From an uncultured Verrucomicrobiota bacterium (GTDB lineage: Bacteria > Verrucomicrobiota > Kiritimatiellia > CAIQIC01 > CAZMXS01): DNA of 64,000 nt. The stretch's first letter is position 1; every line of letters starts with the position of its first letter. Shown one piece after another: positions 29,646 to 38,840 of this stretch. Both the position numbers and the translations under genes were made by a program. The stretch spans positions 96,987 to 160,986 of the forward strand of contig CAZMXS010000001.1 in the NCBI GenBank assembly GCA_964570325.1, given 5' to 3'. The notes below the pieces were generated by a model. It saw only the letters and a list, made by a program, of their open reading frames with translations. It was not told where the DNA came from and searched no databases.

Positions 29646-30663
29646 TGCGGATCCCTATCAGGCGATCCTGCGCAAAACCTTTGAACGGCGCATCCCGTTC
29701 ACGGCGCATTGGGAACTCACCTACCGCTGCAATTTCAAATGCCTGCATTGTTTTAACCGAAATCATCCGGCGGAAGGCGAACTGACCCAGACCGAAATCG
29801 AGCGGGTGCTCGATGAATTGGCCGCGGCCGGCACGCTCTACTTGACCTTCACCGGTGGCGAGATCCTGTTGCGTCCGGATTTTCTGCCCATACTGCGCGC
29901 GGCCCGCCGGCGCAATTTCGCGCTGCGCCTGCTGACCAATGGCGCGCTCCTCACCCCGACCCTCGCGGATGAAATCGCGGCGCTGGGCGTCGCCGGCGTG
30001 GACATCAGCCTGCACACACTCGATCCGAGAATCCATGACCATTTGACCGGCGCGCCCGGAACGCATCCGGCCGTCCTTGCGGCGATCGCGGCCTGCCGCG
30101 CGCGCGGCATTCCGCTTAACATCAAGTTCATCTTGACCCGCCACAATCAAGGGGAGTATGACCGGGTTGCGGAATACGCCGCCGCCTGCGGGGCGCGCGT
30201 GGTGATGGATTACGTCCTGGTGCCCGCCGACGACGGCGCACCGGTCATGGCGCGCCATGGGTTGAACGAAGCGGAAATTAGCGCCTTCATCGCCGCGCAC
30301 GCCGCCCGACCGCCCGTCGCCTTGAGTTTGCCGAACGGCAACGACCCCATCTGCGGCGCGGGCGCCAACGCATGCTGCATCAATCCATACGGCGAAGTGT
30401 TTCCCTGCCTGGCCCTGCGGCGCAGTGTCGGCAACCTGCGCAATCGGTCATTTATGAACATCTGGCATGGGCCCGCCCTTGACAGCATACGGAATACGAC
30501 CTATTCTAGTTTCGTCGAGTGCAACGGTTGCCGGGACGCCGTTTTTTGTATGCGGTGCCCTGGAGTGGCGTTGGCGGAAACCGGGCAGACCACCGGGCGG
30601 GCGCCGACAATCTGCCAGGCCGCCCGGGCCGCGCACGCAGCCGCCGAGCAAATACAGCAATGA
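29620..30663 (+). CDS. radical SAM / SPASM-domain peptide-maturase-like enzyme
   Basis: CNFKCLHC (CxxxCxxC). SPASM Cys clusters CGAGANACCINPYGEVFPC and CNGCRDAVFCMRCPG. Overlaps the PqqD gene by 26 nt. Confidence 0.85.
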   Translation: MTTAVIKTDADPYQAILRKTFERRIPFTAHWELTYRCNFKCLHCFNRNHPAEGELTQTEIERVLDELAAAGTLYLTFTGGEILLRPDFLPILRAARRRNFALRLLTNGALLTPTLADEIAALGVAGVDISLHTLDPRIHDHLTGAPGTHPAVLAAIAACRARGIPLNIKFILTRHNQGEYDRVAEYAAACGARVVMDYVLVPADDGAPVMARHGLNEAEISAFIAAHAARPPVALSLPNGNDPICGAGANACCINPYGEVFPCLALRRSVGNLRNRSFMNIWHGPALDSIRNTTYSSFVECNGCRDAVFCMRCPGVALAETGQTTGRAPTICQAARAAHAAAEQIQQ

Positions 30664-30824
30664 AAAACATGAACACCGGCAAAGAAAAGAAAAAGTACCG
30701 GAAACCCAGGATCATCTACCGGGAAAAGGCTGAAGTTTTGACCGCCGTCTGCGATTCCGCTTGGATGCCGGGCCGTTCCTGCATGCTGGTTGGCAATCCC
30801 AACTGCCAGAAGACGCGCTTCTAG
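30660..30824 (+). CDS. candidate RiPP precursor peptide (54 aa, Lys-rich leader, Cys-containing C-terminal core)
   Basis: ATG at 30660 overlaps the TGA of the rSAM gene (ATGA). Sequence: MKNMNTGKEKKKYRKPRIIYREKAEVLTAVCDSAWMPGRSCMLVGNPNCQKTRF. The ORF track has it only as the tail of a longer spurious ORF. Confidence 0.5.
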   Translation: MKNMNTGKEKKKYRKPRIIYREKAEVLTAVCDSAWMPGRSCMLVGNPNCQKTRF

Positions 30825-30844
30825 CCCGGCGCGCGGGCCGCGCC

Positions 30845-31972
30845 ATGGGGGCCATGAACGACCCGCCGTCAGTCTCCATCCAGGCATTCCAACTTTCCCT
30901 TCCTGGAAACGCCTGCTCCACAACTGCGTTCCCACCCGCGCTGATCCGCGCGGCTGAAGTCGAGGGCCTGGCGGAATTAATCGCGCATGAACGGCGCGAC
31001 ACGGCGCCCGACCGATTCAAGGAAATCTATACCGCGACGCTGGCGCGTAATGTCCTTTTCCTGGATATTCTCAAACAGATTCGCGGCCGGCTGGCCGGCA
31101 TGGAATATATCGCACTCAAAGGGGCGTATCTGGCAGAGCGCGTCTATCCCGACATCGGCCTGCGCCGGTTTTCCGATATTGACCTGCTGGTCCGCCCCCG
31201 CGACGTGCCCGAAGCCGTGCGCCGATTGAGCGCCTTGGATTATCAGCCCACCGATGGCGCGGCCGTAACCACAGCCCAGCCGCCCGTCTCCTATTTTCTC
31301 AACAGCATCCAATTGCGGGGACCGGCCCACACCCCGGCCGTCCATTTGCACTGGCACCTGTTCAATTCCATCCTGCCGCGACACCCATTCGCGCCTCCAG
31401 ACATCGCCCCGGTCTGGGCCGCCGCCACGCGCGATCCGGCCGGCCAACTGGAAATGTCAAGCGAGCACCTGCTGATCCATCTGGCCGATCATGCCCTGCG
31501 GCATTCCTACGCCCGCTTGAGCCTGCTACGCGACATCGCCGAGGTGTTCATCCGGCGCGCGGCGCAAATCAACCGGGAACGGCTGGCGGCAGCGGCGCGC
31601 GCGCTGCGGCTGGAACGCCCCCTGTATTTCAGCCTGGCCTGGCTGCATTATTTCGCGCCCGGTTTGTTCGACGCCCGTTGCCTGGATCAGGTGCGGCCCG
31701 CGCGCGCCGGCGCGGCCGAACGGCTGTTCCTGCGCCTGCTGCTGGCGGACCGACGGTCGGCGGAACTGTGCCTGCTGGCCTATTATGCGGAAGCCGATTC
31801 GCTGGCGGCCAAGGCCCGATTCGCGAGCCGGCTGCTTTTCCCGCCGCGCGCGGTAATGGGACAAGCCTTTGCGAAACCGGCGGACGATATTACGATCAGT
31901 GATTACGCGTGGCGGCTGGGACGCGGACTGCGGCATGTGGCGCTGGCGTGCCGGCGCGGAATCTGGAAGTGA
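30845..31972 (+). CDS. nucleotidyltransferase-like protein (NTP_transf_5-like)
   Basis: IALKGAYLAERVYPDIGLRRFSDIDLLV motif. Start is uncertain (30761, 30845 or 30854). Confidence 0.55.
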   Translation: MGAMNDPPSVSIQAFQLSLPGNACSTTAFPPALIRAAEVEGLAELIAHERRDTAPDRFKEIYTATLARNVLFLDILKQIRGRLAGMEYIALKGAYLAERVYPDIGLRRFSDIDLLVRPRDVPEAVRRLSALDYQPTDGAAVTTAQPPVSYFLNSIQLRGPAHTPAVHLHWHLFNSILPRHPFAPPDIAPVWAAATRDPAGQLEMSSEHLLIHLADHALRHSYARLSLLRDIAEVFIRRAAQINRERLAAAARALRLERPLYFSLAWLHYFAPGLFDARCLDQVRPARAGAAERLFLRLLLADRRSAELCLLAYYAEADSLAAKARFASRLLFPPRAVMGQAFAKPADDITISDYAWRLGRGLRHVALACRRGIWK

Positions 31973-32076
31973 ATGATTGAAAACCAGTCCGGATTTCATT
32001 TACTCATTCTCCCCTCCGCGGGGTGTCGAGGACAAAGAAGAGTCGAAGGACGAACAAGTGAAAGAGTGAGAGCGGT

Positions 32077-32988
32077 ATGATTAACACTCCACCACCCCTT
32101 CGCTTGCGCATGAATAACCTGCGCCCGCCGCCGCGCGCCGTGCCGCTGGGCGTAGCGCTGACCAATCTGTTCGGCGGTTTCGAGAACTTTATGGGGTGGT
32201 TCTTTTTCGGCTTCGGGATGATCTTCGCCTGGTTCGCCGGATATCGGGCCGATTACTCGTTCATCACCTTCACCGGCGCCAAGGGTCTGGCGGACGGACG
32301 GGTCGTCGCCATTCGCGAGACCAATGCCTCAGTCGGCGGCGGCAAGCACTCGCAGGGCACGCCCGTCTATGAATACCGCTTTACCTACACCGTGAACGGC
32401 GCGGAGTTCGAAGGTCTTTCATACCGAACCGGAACATCATTTGGAGAAGGTGATCGCGTCCAGGTCGAATACCTGCTCCGCGATCCCAGCCGCGCCCGAA
32501 TCGAGGGTATGCGCCGAAATTACTTCGATCCCTGGATTCTCTTTGTGTTGATTTTCCCGGCTGTCGGCATCGGCTTCATCCAAGCCGGATTCCGCCGGGG
32601 ACTCCGGGCCAACCGCCTGCTGGCCTGGGGACGAATCACCCACGGCCGCTTTGTCTCCATGGAAGCGACTGGCGGGAAGATTAACAACCAGGTCATTTAC
32701 AAATTATTCTTCGACTTCACCGCGGCCGACGGCCGCCGCCACACCGCCATCGCCCGGACACACCTCGTCGAACGCCTACAGGACGAGGAACAGGAACCGT
32801 TGCTCTATGACCCGCGCGCGCCGGAGCGCGCGGTGCTGGTGGATGAACTGCCCGGCGCGCCGGGAATTGACGCCCGCGGCCAACTGGTCACCGCCAGCTA
32901 CTGGAACTTACTCAAAGCGCTGGCGCTCCCGGCAGCCACCCTGTTCGGCCACGGGCTCACAGCGGCCTGCCTCTGGCTACCGCGCTAA
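32077..32988 (+). CDS. membrane protein with two DUF3592-like repeats
   Basis: Two TM helices each followed by a similar beta-rich segment. Confidence 0.45.
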   Translation: MINTPPPLRLRMNNLRPPPRAVPLGVALTNLFGGFENFMGWFFFGFGMIFAWFAGYRADYSFITFTGAKGLADGRVVAIRETNASVGGGKHSQGTPVYEYRFTYTVNGAEFEGLSYRTGTSFGEGDRVQVEYLLRDPSRARIEGMRRNYFDPWILFVLIFPAVGIGFIQAGFRRGLRANRLLAWGRITHGRFVSMEATGGKINNQVIYKLFFDFTAADGRRHTAIARTHLVERLQDEEQEPLLYDPRAPERAVLVDELPGAPGIDARGQLVTASYWNLLKALALPAATLFGHGLTAACLWLPR

Positions 32989-33026
32989 CCCATACGGCGA
33001 ACAATGGTAACGCGCCACATCCGGCC

Positions 33027-33884
33027 TTACTTGCTTTTTTCCGTCGGCTCTTTCTTGTCACCGCCCAACCCCAGCAGGCCGCCGACGCCCTTGATCACTT
33101 CGCCCGCGCCATCGCCCACCGCGCTTGCCGCCGAGCCAGCCGCATCCGCCGCTGCGCCGGCGGCACTTGCCGCGCCGCTGCCGACAGCCGCCGCGCCCTT
33201 GCCCAGCAGCTTGAGGGCGCCAGTCGCCACATCCGTCACGCTGCCGGCAATCGCGCCGAAAATCCGGGTCGCGACTTCGAGCGGCGTCGCGCCCTGCTTG
33301 CCCTCCTCGCGGCCAATGCCGGTTAAATGAATGGCGGGCAGCGGGATCGGCGCGGCGGCGCCCATGGCCGCGGTCGTGCTCAATTTCACCTTGCCGTTCT
33401 CGATCAGGAAATCGTCAATCACCACTTTCTTCCCCTCCCCCTTGGCGGCGGCGGGTTTGTCCGCTGGCGCCTTTGCCTCCGCCTGCTGCTCTTTGCCGGC
33501 CATCTGTTTCATGATCCGGCCGATGTTGCTTTCCCCAAGCCCAACCTCGTAGGTGATTTCCGGCGCATTGACATACACCCGGCTGATCTCGATCGTATCG
33601 CTCAATAACGATCGCATCGCCAGATCCACCGTGATTTCACCGACGCGGATGGCGTTGTCTGTCTTGTAGCCCTCCGGATTCCCCAGCTCAAAACCCTTGA
33701 GTTGCACATACCCGCGCAGGAGACGGAACTGAACCTTTTCCAATTTGATCGGCACCCCAACCAGCGCCGATCCGCCCTTCTCCACAGTCAGTTTCACGAT
33801 CGAGCCAAGGTAAATACTCAGAATGACCACCAAGACCACCAACAGGATCAGCAGACCGCCCCCGATCCGCAGCAACCATTTCAT
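33027..33884 (-). CDS. membrane-anchored protein of unknown function with Ala/Gly-rich tail
   Basis: N-terminal TM helix (LLILLVVLVVILSIYL) and a low-complexity Ala/Gly/Lys C-terminus. Confidence 0.5.
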   Translation of the reverse strand: MKWLLRIGGGLLILLVVLVVILSIYLGSIVKLTVEKGGSALVGVPIKLEKVQFRLLRGYVQLKGFELGNPEGYKTDNAIRVGEITVDLAMRSLLSDTIEISRVYVNAPEITYEVGLGESNIGRIMKQMAGKEQQAEAKAPADKPAAAKGEGKKVVIDDFLIENGKVKLSTTAAMGAAAPIPLPAIHLTGIGREEGKQGATPLEVATRIFGAIAGSVTDVATGALKLLGKGAAAVGSGAASAAGAAADAAGSAASAVGDGAGEVIKGVGGLLGLGGDKKEPTEKSK

Positions 33885-33901
33885 TTATGCCTCCTTGGTA
33901 T

Positions 33902-34732
33902 TCACGCTGCTTTCTCCGCCACGGCCTTGAAAAACGTGTAGCAAAACGTGCCGTCGGCCGCGGCGGCGCGATATAAACCGCGGATGCCGCGATCCCAGGC
34001 CGCCGCGTCCACCAAACCCTGCGCAAGCGCGGGCTCGCGCACGCCTTCCACCATGGCGGTGAAAGTCAGCCTGGTGAACCCTTCCACCCATTCCGGCCGG
34101 CTGGCATCCACATAGACCATGCGCGGGGATACCGCCACGTTCCGAAAACCACCCGCAACGAGCAGCGGATAAAGCTGGCGCCCAATCAGCGCGTTGCCGC
34201 CGGCCCGCGCCTGTAATTCAATCAGGCACTGGATCGCGCGCCGGGCGTCCGCATCGTCGGGATAAAAATAGGCCGAACCATGGTCGCCCTCAATCACCGT
34301 GATCGTCCCGCCCGGCTTCAACACCCTTTTCAACGCCGCCAGCGCCCGCGCCGGTTCGGCCAGGTGTTCCAGCACAAAGCAGACAAATACATGATCGAAC
34401 GCCGCGGCCGGATACGTCAGGTTGAAGATGTCACCCTGCTGAAACTCGACATTCGTGAAGCCGCGCTCCGCAACCTTGCGACGCGCCTCGGCCAGCGAAA
34501 CTTCCGAAATATCCACGGAGACAATGGCGCAGCCCGGATTGTTCCGTGCCAGGTGGACCGTCTGCGCCCCCACGCCGCAACCCGCCTCGAGAATCCGGCT
34601 ACCGGCGGGGAAGATTGAGTCATGATGCAGCAACCGGGCCAGCGTGTTGGCCTGATCCGCCAGCCGCTCTGCCTCCCGCTCCGAATAGCCATGAACGTAG
34701 TCGTGCATCTGCGACGCGCGGACGTTAATCAT
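33902..34732 (-). CDS. class I SAM-dependent methyltransferase
   Basis: ILEAGCGVGAQT (motif I) and LKPGGTITVIE. Start reassigned to MINVRAS. The 530-aa ORF in the track is a chimera with the antisense of the ABC permease gene. Confidence 0.8.
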   Translation of the reverse strand: MINVRASQMHDYVHGYSEREAERLADQANTLARLLHHDSIFPAGSRILEAGCGVGAQTVHLARNNPGCAIVSVDISEVSLAEARRKVAERGFTNVEFQQGDIFNLTYPAAAFDHVFVCFVLEHLAEPARALAALKRVLKPGGTITVIEGDHGSAYFYPDDADARRAIQCLIELQARAGGNALIGRQLYPLLVAGGFRNVAVSPRMVYVDASRPEWVEGFTRLTFTAMVEGVREPALAQGLVDAAAWDRGIRGLYRAAAADGTFCYTFFKAVAEKAA

Positions 34733-34785
34733 TGCGCGGCGCGATTGCAAACCAACTTTGCCGCGGCGCATTGGAGCAACGACGC

Positions 34786-35598
34786 TTAATAGTGCCCCAG
34801 ACTGCCGCTTCGCCGCGCGCGCCGCAGCGCGCGCGCCAACACCAGCGTGGCCACCGGCGCCAACACAACCGCAAACACCGCCAACCCGAGCACATCGCGC
34901 GCATACGCCGCACCGCTCCAACCCGCGATCAAAGCGGCGCGGAAGGCATCGGTGGCATAGGGCAGTGGCAGCAGTCGCGCCAGCCATTGCAGCGGCGCCG
35001 GCATGACATCCAGCGGAAACAAGACGCCGCCGAGCAGTAAAAACAGGCTGCTCAACAGCCAGTTCACCGGGTCGCCGCGCTTGAACACCAGGATGAAGGA
35101 AGCCGAGATGATCCCCAGGCTGAAAAAAACCACCGTCGCCAGGCACCACGGCAGCAGCAGCGCCAGCCAGCGCGCGGCAGTCAACCGCGCCCCAAGGAGC
35201 CAGCCGCCCACCACAAAGAAACCACCCAATTGCAGCAGCGCGAGCGCGAAGTCGAACGCGCACCAGCCGCACAGCAGGGTCGGCAGCGAGGTCGGCGTAA
35301 GGCACAATGCCTCCAGACAACCGGAGGTCTGCTCCTGACGCAGGCGGGCGGGCAGCATGCCCAAGCAGGTCGTCAGATAGGAATAGAACGCCAGACCGAC
35401 CAGCGCATAGGTAAAATAGTCTGCGCCCCACCCCGCCGGCGCCGCCGGCCGGCCGCGCGCGATAAACCGTCCCAGGAAAAAGAGCAGGAGGCAATAGAAC
35501 ACCAGCGTGGCGATCTGCAACGCGATCGCCAGCCGGTAGCTGCGCTCAATCCGATAGTCCCGCAGGCAGAAGGCGGCCACTTTGCGCCAGGCAATCAT
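34786..35598 (-). CDS. ABC-2 type transporter permease
   Basis: Six TM helices with an ABC-2 pattern. ATGA overlap with the downstream ATPase gene. Confidence 0.75.
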   Translation of the reverse strand: MIAWRKVAAFCLRDYRIERSYRLAIALQIATLVFYCLLLFFLGRFIARGRPAAPAGWGADYFTYALVGLAFYSYLTTCLGMLPARLRQEQTSGCLEALCLTPTSLPTLLCGWCAFDFALALLQLGGFFVVGGWLLGARLTAARWLALLLPWCLATVVFFSLGIISASFILVFKRGDPVNWLLSSLFLLLGGVLFPLDVMPAPLQWLARLLPLPYATDAFRAALIAGWSGAAYARDVLGLAVFAVVLAPVATLVLARALRRARRSGSLGHY

Positions 35599-36257
35599 CC
35601 ATCCGCCTCCAGCCGGCCGGCGCGGATCGTCCAGCGCCGCGCGGGCGCCAAGGGCAATTCTCCCGGCGTATGTGTCGCCATAAGGACCGCCAGACCGCGC
35701 TCACGGTTCAAGCGGCCGACGAGTTCAAAAGCCAGGCGCCGGGCCGCGGAGTCCAGGCTCCGCTCCGGCTCGTCAAGCAACAGCACCTGCGGCTGGTGCA
35801 ATACGGCGCGCAACAGGCCGAACCGGCGCTGCACGCCGGTCGAACATTGCGCGAACGGGATGTCCAACCACTCCATCAAACCCAGCGCGTCGCTCAGCTC
35901 ACCTATCCGTTCCGCCAACGCCGCGCGGGGAATATCGAAGAGCGCTCCAAAGAATTCCAGGTTCGCACGGCCGGTCAGCCGCCAGTAAAAACCGCGACTA
36001 TCCTCCGCGAACAAGCCCAGTTGCCGCCGTGCCGCCAGCGCCTCCCGCGCGGCGTCCCGTCCGACCACGCGCACGGTGCCGGCATCCGGCGCGTACAGGC
36101 CGGCCGCCAGCTTCATCAATGTGGTTTTCCCGCTGCCGTTGGCCCCCAGGAGCAACGCCCGTTCGGCCGGCGCCAAGGTCATGGAGACGTGGTCCAAAAC
36201 CCGGATCGGCGGCCGGAACGACTTGGAAACATCGGCCAATTCAAGCGCGGGAGTCAT
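35595..36257 (-). CDS. ABC transporter ATP-binding protein
   Basis: Walker A GANGSGKTT, Q-loop, signature CSTGVQRR and Walker B LLLDEP. Confidence 0.85.
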   Translation of the reverse strand: MTPALELADVSKSFRPPIRVLDHVSMTLAPAERALLLGANGSGKTTLMKLAAGLYAPDAGTVRVVGRDAAREALAARRQLGLFAEDSRGFYWRLTGRANLEFFGALFDIPRAALAERIGELSDALGLMEWLDIPFAQCSTGVQRRFGLLRAVLHQPQVLLLDEPERSLDSAARRLAFELVGRLNRERGLAVLMATHTPGELPLAPARRWTIRAGRLEADG

Positions 36258-36403
36258 GGGCGAAAAGGATCAAGCAGCAGGCTGATTGCCAATTGGAATA
36301 CCGAGAGACGGGAAAGCATCCGGGAGTGTCTGTGATGGGTGGAAAGGCACTGTGGCATAGGCGGGCAACCCCAATTCGGATTTCCAATTTCAAGTTCCAG
36401 GTT

Positions 36404-37567
36404 TCATCCTTCCTTTTTCCCGGCCGCGATGCGCTTTTCGCCCAAGACTTCCAACAGGGCCACCACAAGGTAAATGCAGATGGCGGAGACGATCAAGGCA
36501 ACGCCGCCATAGGTGCGCGCCTCCAGCAGGGTAACCGACCCCAGCCCCACCGCCATGTTCAGGAAGCAGATCGTGACCACTACCTGGCCGCGCGTGAGTC
36601 CCAGACCTTCCAGCCGATGGTGCAGGTGGTCGCGGCCGACATACTCCAGCCAGCTCCGCACCGAGTTCACATCACCACGCCGAATCCGGGCGACGGTGAT
36701 AAAGATCATGTCGTAAATCGGCACGGACAGGATCAGCACCGGAATGAAAAAAGAAACCAGCGGATCGCTCTTCGACCACTCCCCCATAATGCTCAGCGTG
36801 GCGATGAAAAAACCAATCAGGTTGCTGCCGCTGTCACCCAGGAAAATACGCGCGGGCTTGATGTTGAAGCCGAGGAAGCCCACCGCCGCGCCAACCAGCG
36901 CGATGGCGCAGTAAGCCATCATCACTTCGCCCAGCAGGATCGAAAGAATATAGAAAATCAGACCCGTGCCGATCGCCAGGCCGGTGACCAGACCATCCAT
37001 GCCGTCAAGAAAGTTGATCGCATTGGTGATACCGACGATCCAAATTACCGTAATGATCCACTCGCCGGCCATGCCCCACCAGGTGTCCGGCAGGAAGGTC
37101 ACGTGCAGGCCATCCGCGATCAGGATGGCGCAGGCGGCAAGTTGACAGAATAACTTGACGGCCGCATTTACGCTCATCAGATCGTCAAGGAGGCCGACAT
37201 ACATGATAATGGAACTGGCGATGAGCATCGCCTTCAGATTCGGCATATAGTGCATGCTGGTGACCAGCAGGGCCGTAACCACGCCGGCCCAGAGCGCCAC
37301 GCCGCCCCAGCGGGGCGTGGGGTGCACATGAATGCGTCGGCCGCCGGGCATATCCACCGCCCCCAGTCGGACCGCGAGCCGGATCACGGGCGGCGTCAGC
37401 AGAGCGGCGACATAAACGGCCACCAGTTGGATAATAGCCAGCCGTTGGATAATGGCGTCGGTACCGCCCAACCAGGCAAGCAGGAAAAGCCCCAAGCTGA
37501 ACGCCAGCGCCGCGGCGGTGAACAATCGGCCGCCCTTCAAGATTGCAAGGGGTGGACTTGAATTCAT
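36404..37567 (-). CDS. polyprenyl-phosphate sugar-1-phosphate transferase (WecA/MraY family)
   Basis: NAINFLDGMDGL and GDSGSN motifs with 10-11 TM helices. Start taken at MNSSPPL. Confidence 0.8.
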   Translation of the reverse strand: MNSSPPLAILKGGRLFTAAALAFSLGLFLLAWLGGTDAIIQRLAIIQLVAVYVAALLTPPVIRLAVRLGAVDMPGGRRIHVHPTPRWGGVALWAGVVTALLVTSMHYMPNLKAMLIASSIIMYVGLLDDLMSVNAAVKLFCQLAACAILIADGLHVTFLPDTWWGMAGEWIITVIWIVGITNAINFLDGMDGLVTGLAIGTGLIFYILSILLGEVMMAYCAIALVGAAVGFLGFNIKPARIFLGDSGSNLIGFFIATLSIMGEWSKSDPLVSFFIPVLILSVPIYDMIFITVARIRRGDVNSVRSWLEYVGRDHLHHRLEGLGLTRGQVVVTICFLNMAVGLGSVTLLEARTYGGVALIVSAICIYLVVALLEVLGEKRIAAGKKEG

Positions 37568-37717
37568 CGGTTTGGTTCTTTTTACCAGAAAACAATGAAG
37601 CGAATAAAGACCCATTCCGGCCATGCAGTCGTTATCCTTCGTCGCGTCATGCGCCTGATTCAGCTTGCTGGACGGCTCCGCGGGAATGCATGGCCTAACC
37701 ATTGGGGCTGCGTTTTT

Positions 37718-38752
37718 TCACTTCATAATATCCGGCAACGTGTTGCAGATTTGCGCCACCTCCGCATCGCTCAATCCAGGATAGAGCGGGACGGAAACCA
37801 GCCGGTCCTCCAACGCCGTTGTGCGGGGGCAGGCGCCGCCCAGGGCGCGGTGCAGGCCGCGCCAAACCGGCCGGCGACAGGCAATGCCGGCGGCCTGCGC
37901 GCGAGCCAGGCGCGTCTCAACATCGCCGGGCGTAAGCACCAGGTAGCGGAAGCAGACCCCTTGGGGCCGCGGCGAATGCGCGCGGAATGCCAACGATCCG
38001 AATGCCTGGTCATAGATACCGGCCAGACGCCGACGCTCGGCAACCGTCTCGGCCAGGCGCGCCAGGCGCGCGCGCACCAGCGCGGCGCTGATATCCGTCA
38101 TCTTCAAATTGAAGGCGCGCGGGTCCGGTTCCTGCTCATCACACTGGCGCAACCGTCGCACGGTTGCCTGCCAATCCGGCCGGTCGGTAACGCACGCGCC
38201 ACCCTCCCCGCCTGGCAACAGTTTGGTGCCATAGAAAGATAATACGGTAACCGCACCCTTGGAACCGAGCGGACTGCCGTCCGGATAGCGGCCGCCAATC
38301 GCCTGGGCACAATCCTCAATCACCGGCACGCCCACCCCGCGCAGATCCTCAATATCAGCCGTGAAACCGCAGGTGTGCGGCGCAATCACCGCATCGGTCT
38401 CGGCATCCACGAGCGGCGCGACGGTCCGGCGCGAGATGAGCACCGTTTCTTCCTCAACATCCGCGCACACCGGCGTCGCGCCGGCGTGGATGACGGCAGC
38501 GTACAGGCTGTTGCAGGTATAGGCGGGAATAATCACCTTGTGGCCGGGTCGCACCCCGATCGCGCGCAGCCCCAGACAAAGCGCCGCTGTGCCGGACGCT
38601 ACCCCCACGGCCTGCGCGGGCTTGAAGAGGTCGGAAAGTTCCTGCTCCAACGCAAAAACCTCCTCGCCCTGGGAAAGCCGGCCGCGCCGCAGGGCCGTCA
38701 CAACGGCTTCGATTTCCGCTTCGGCGGGTTGCGGTCTGGAGTGGGGAATCAT
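37718..38752 (-). CDS. DegT/DnrJ/EryC1/StrS family PLP-dependent aminotransferase
   Basis: Family-typical sequence, including the conserved Lys region (SFYGTK). Confidence 0.85.
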   Translation of the reverse strand: MIPHSRPQPAEAEIEAVVTALRRGRLSQGEEVFALEQELSDLFKPAQAVGVASGTAALCLGLRAIGVRPGHKVIIPAYTCNSLYAAVIHAGATPVCADVEEETVLISRRTVAPLVDAETDAVIAPHTCGFTADIEDLRGVGVPVIEDCAQAIGGRYPDGSPLGSKGAVTVLSFYGTKLLPGGEGGACVTDRPDWQATVRRLRQCDEQEPDPRAFNLKMTDISAALVRARLARLAETVAERRRLAGIYDQAFGSLAFRAHSPRPQGVCFRYLVLTPGDVETRLARAQAAGIACRRPVWRGLHRALGGACPRTTALEDRLVSVPLYPGLSDAEVAQICNTLPDIMK

Positions 38753-38840
38753 GGGAAGCCGCGATGGCCAATGACCAATGGCCATTGGCCCTCGGTTATT
38801 TGTGATCGGGAATTAAAATGGAGCCAAGCGCCGGGCATGT

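Noticed and set aside
33902-35494. 530-aa ORF in the track
   Set aside because: It is a chimera. Only the C-terminal 277 aa (from MINVRAS, 33902..34732) form a methyltransferase. The upstream part is the antisense shadow of the ABC-2 permease gene (34786..35598).
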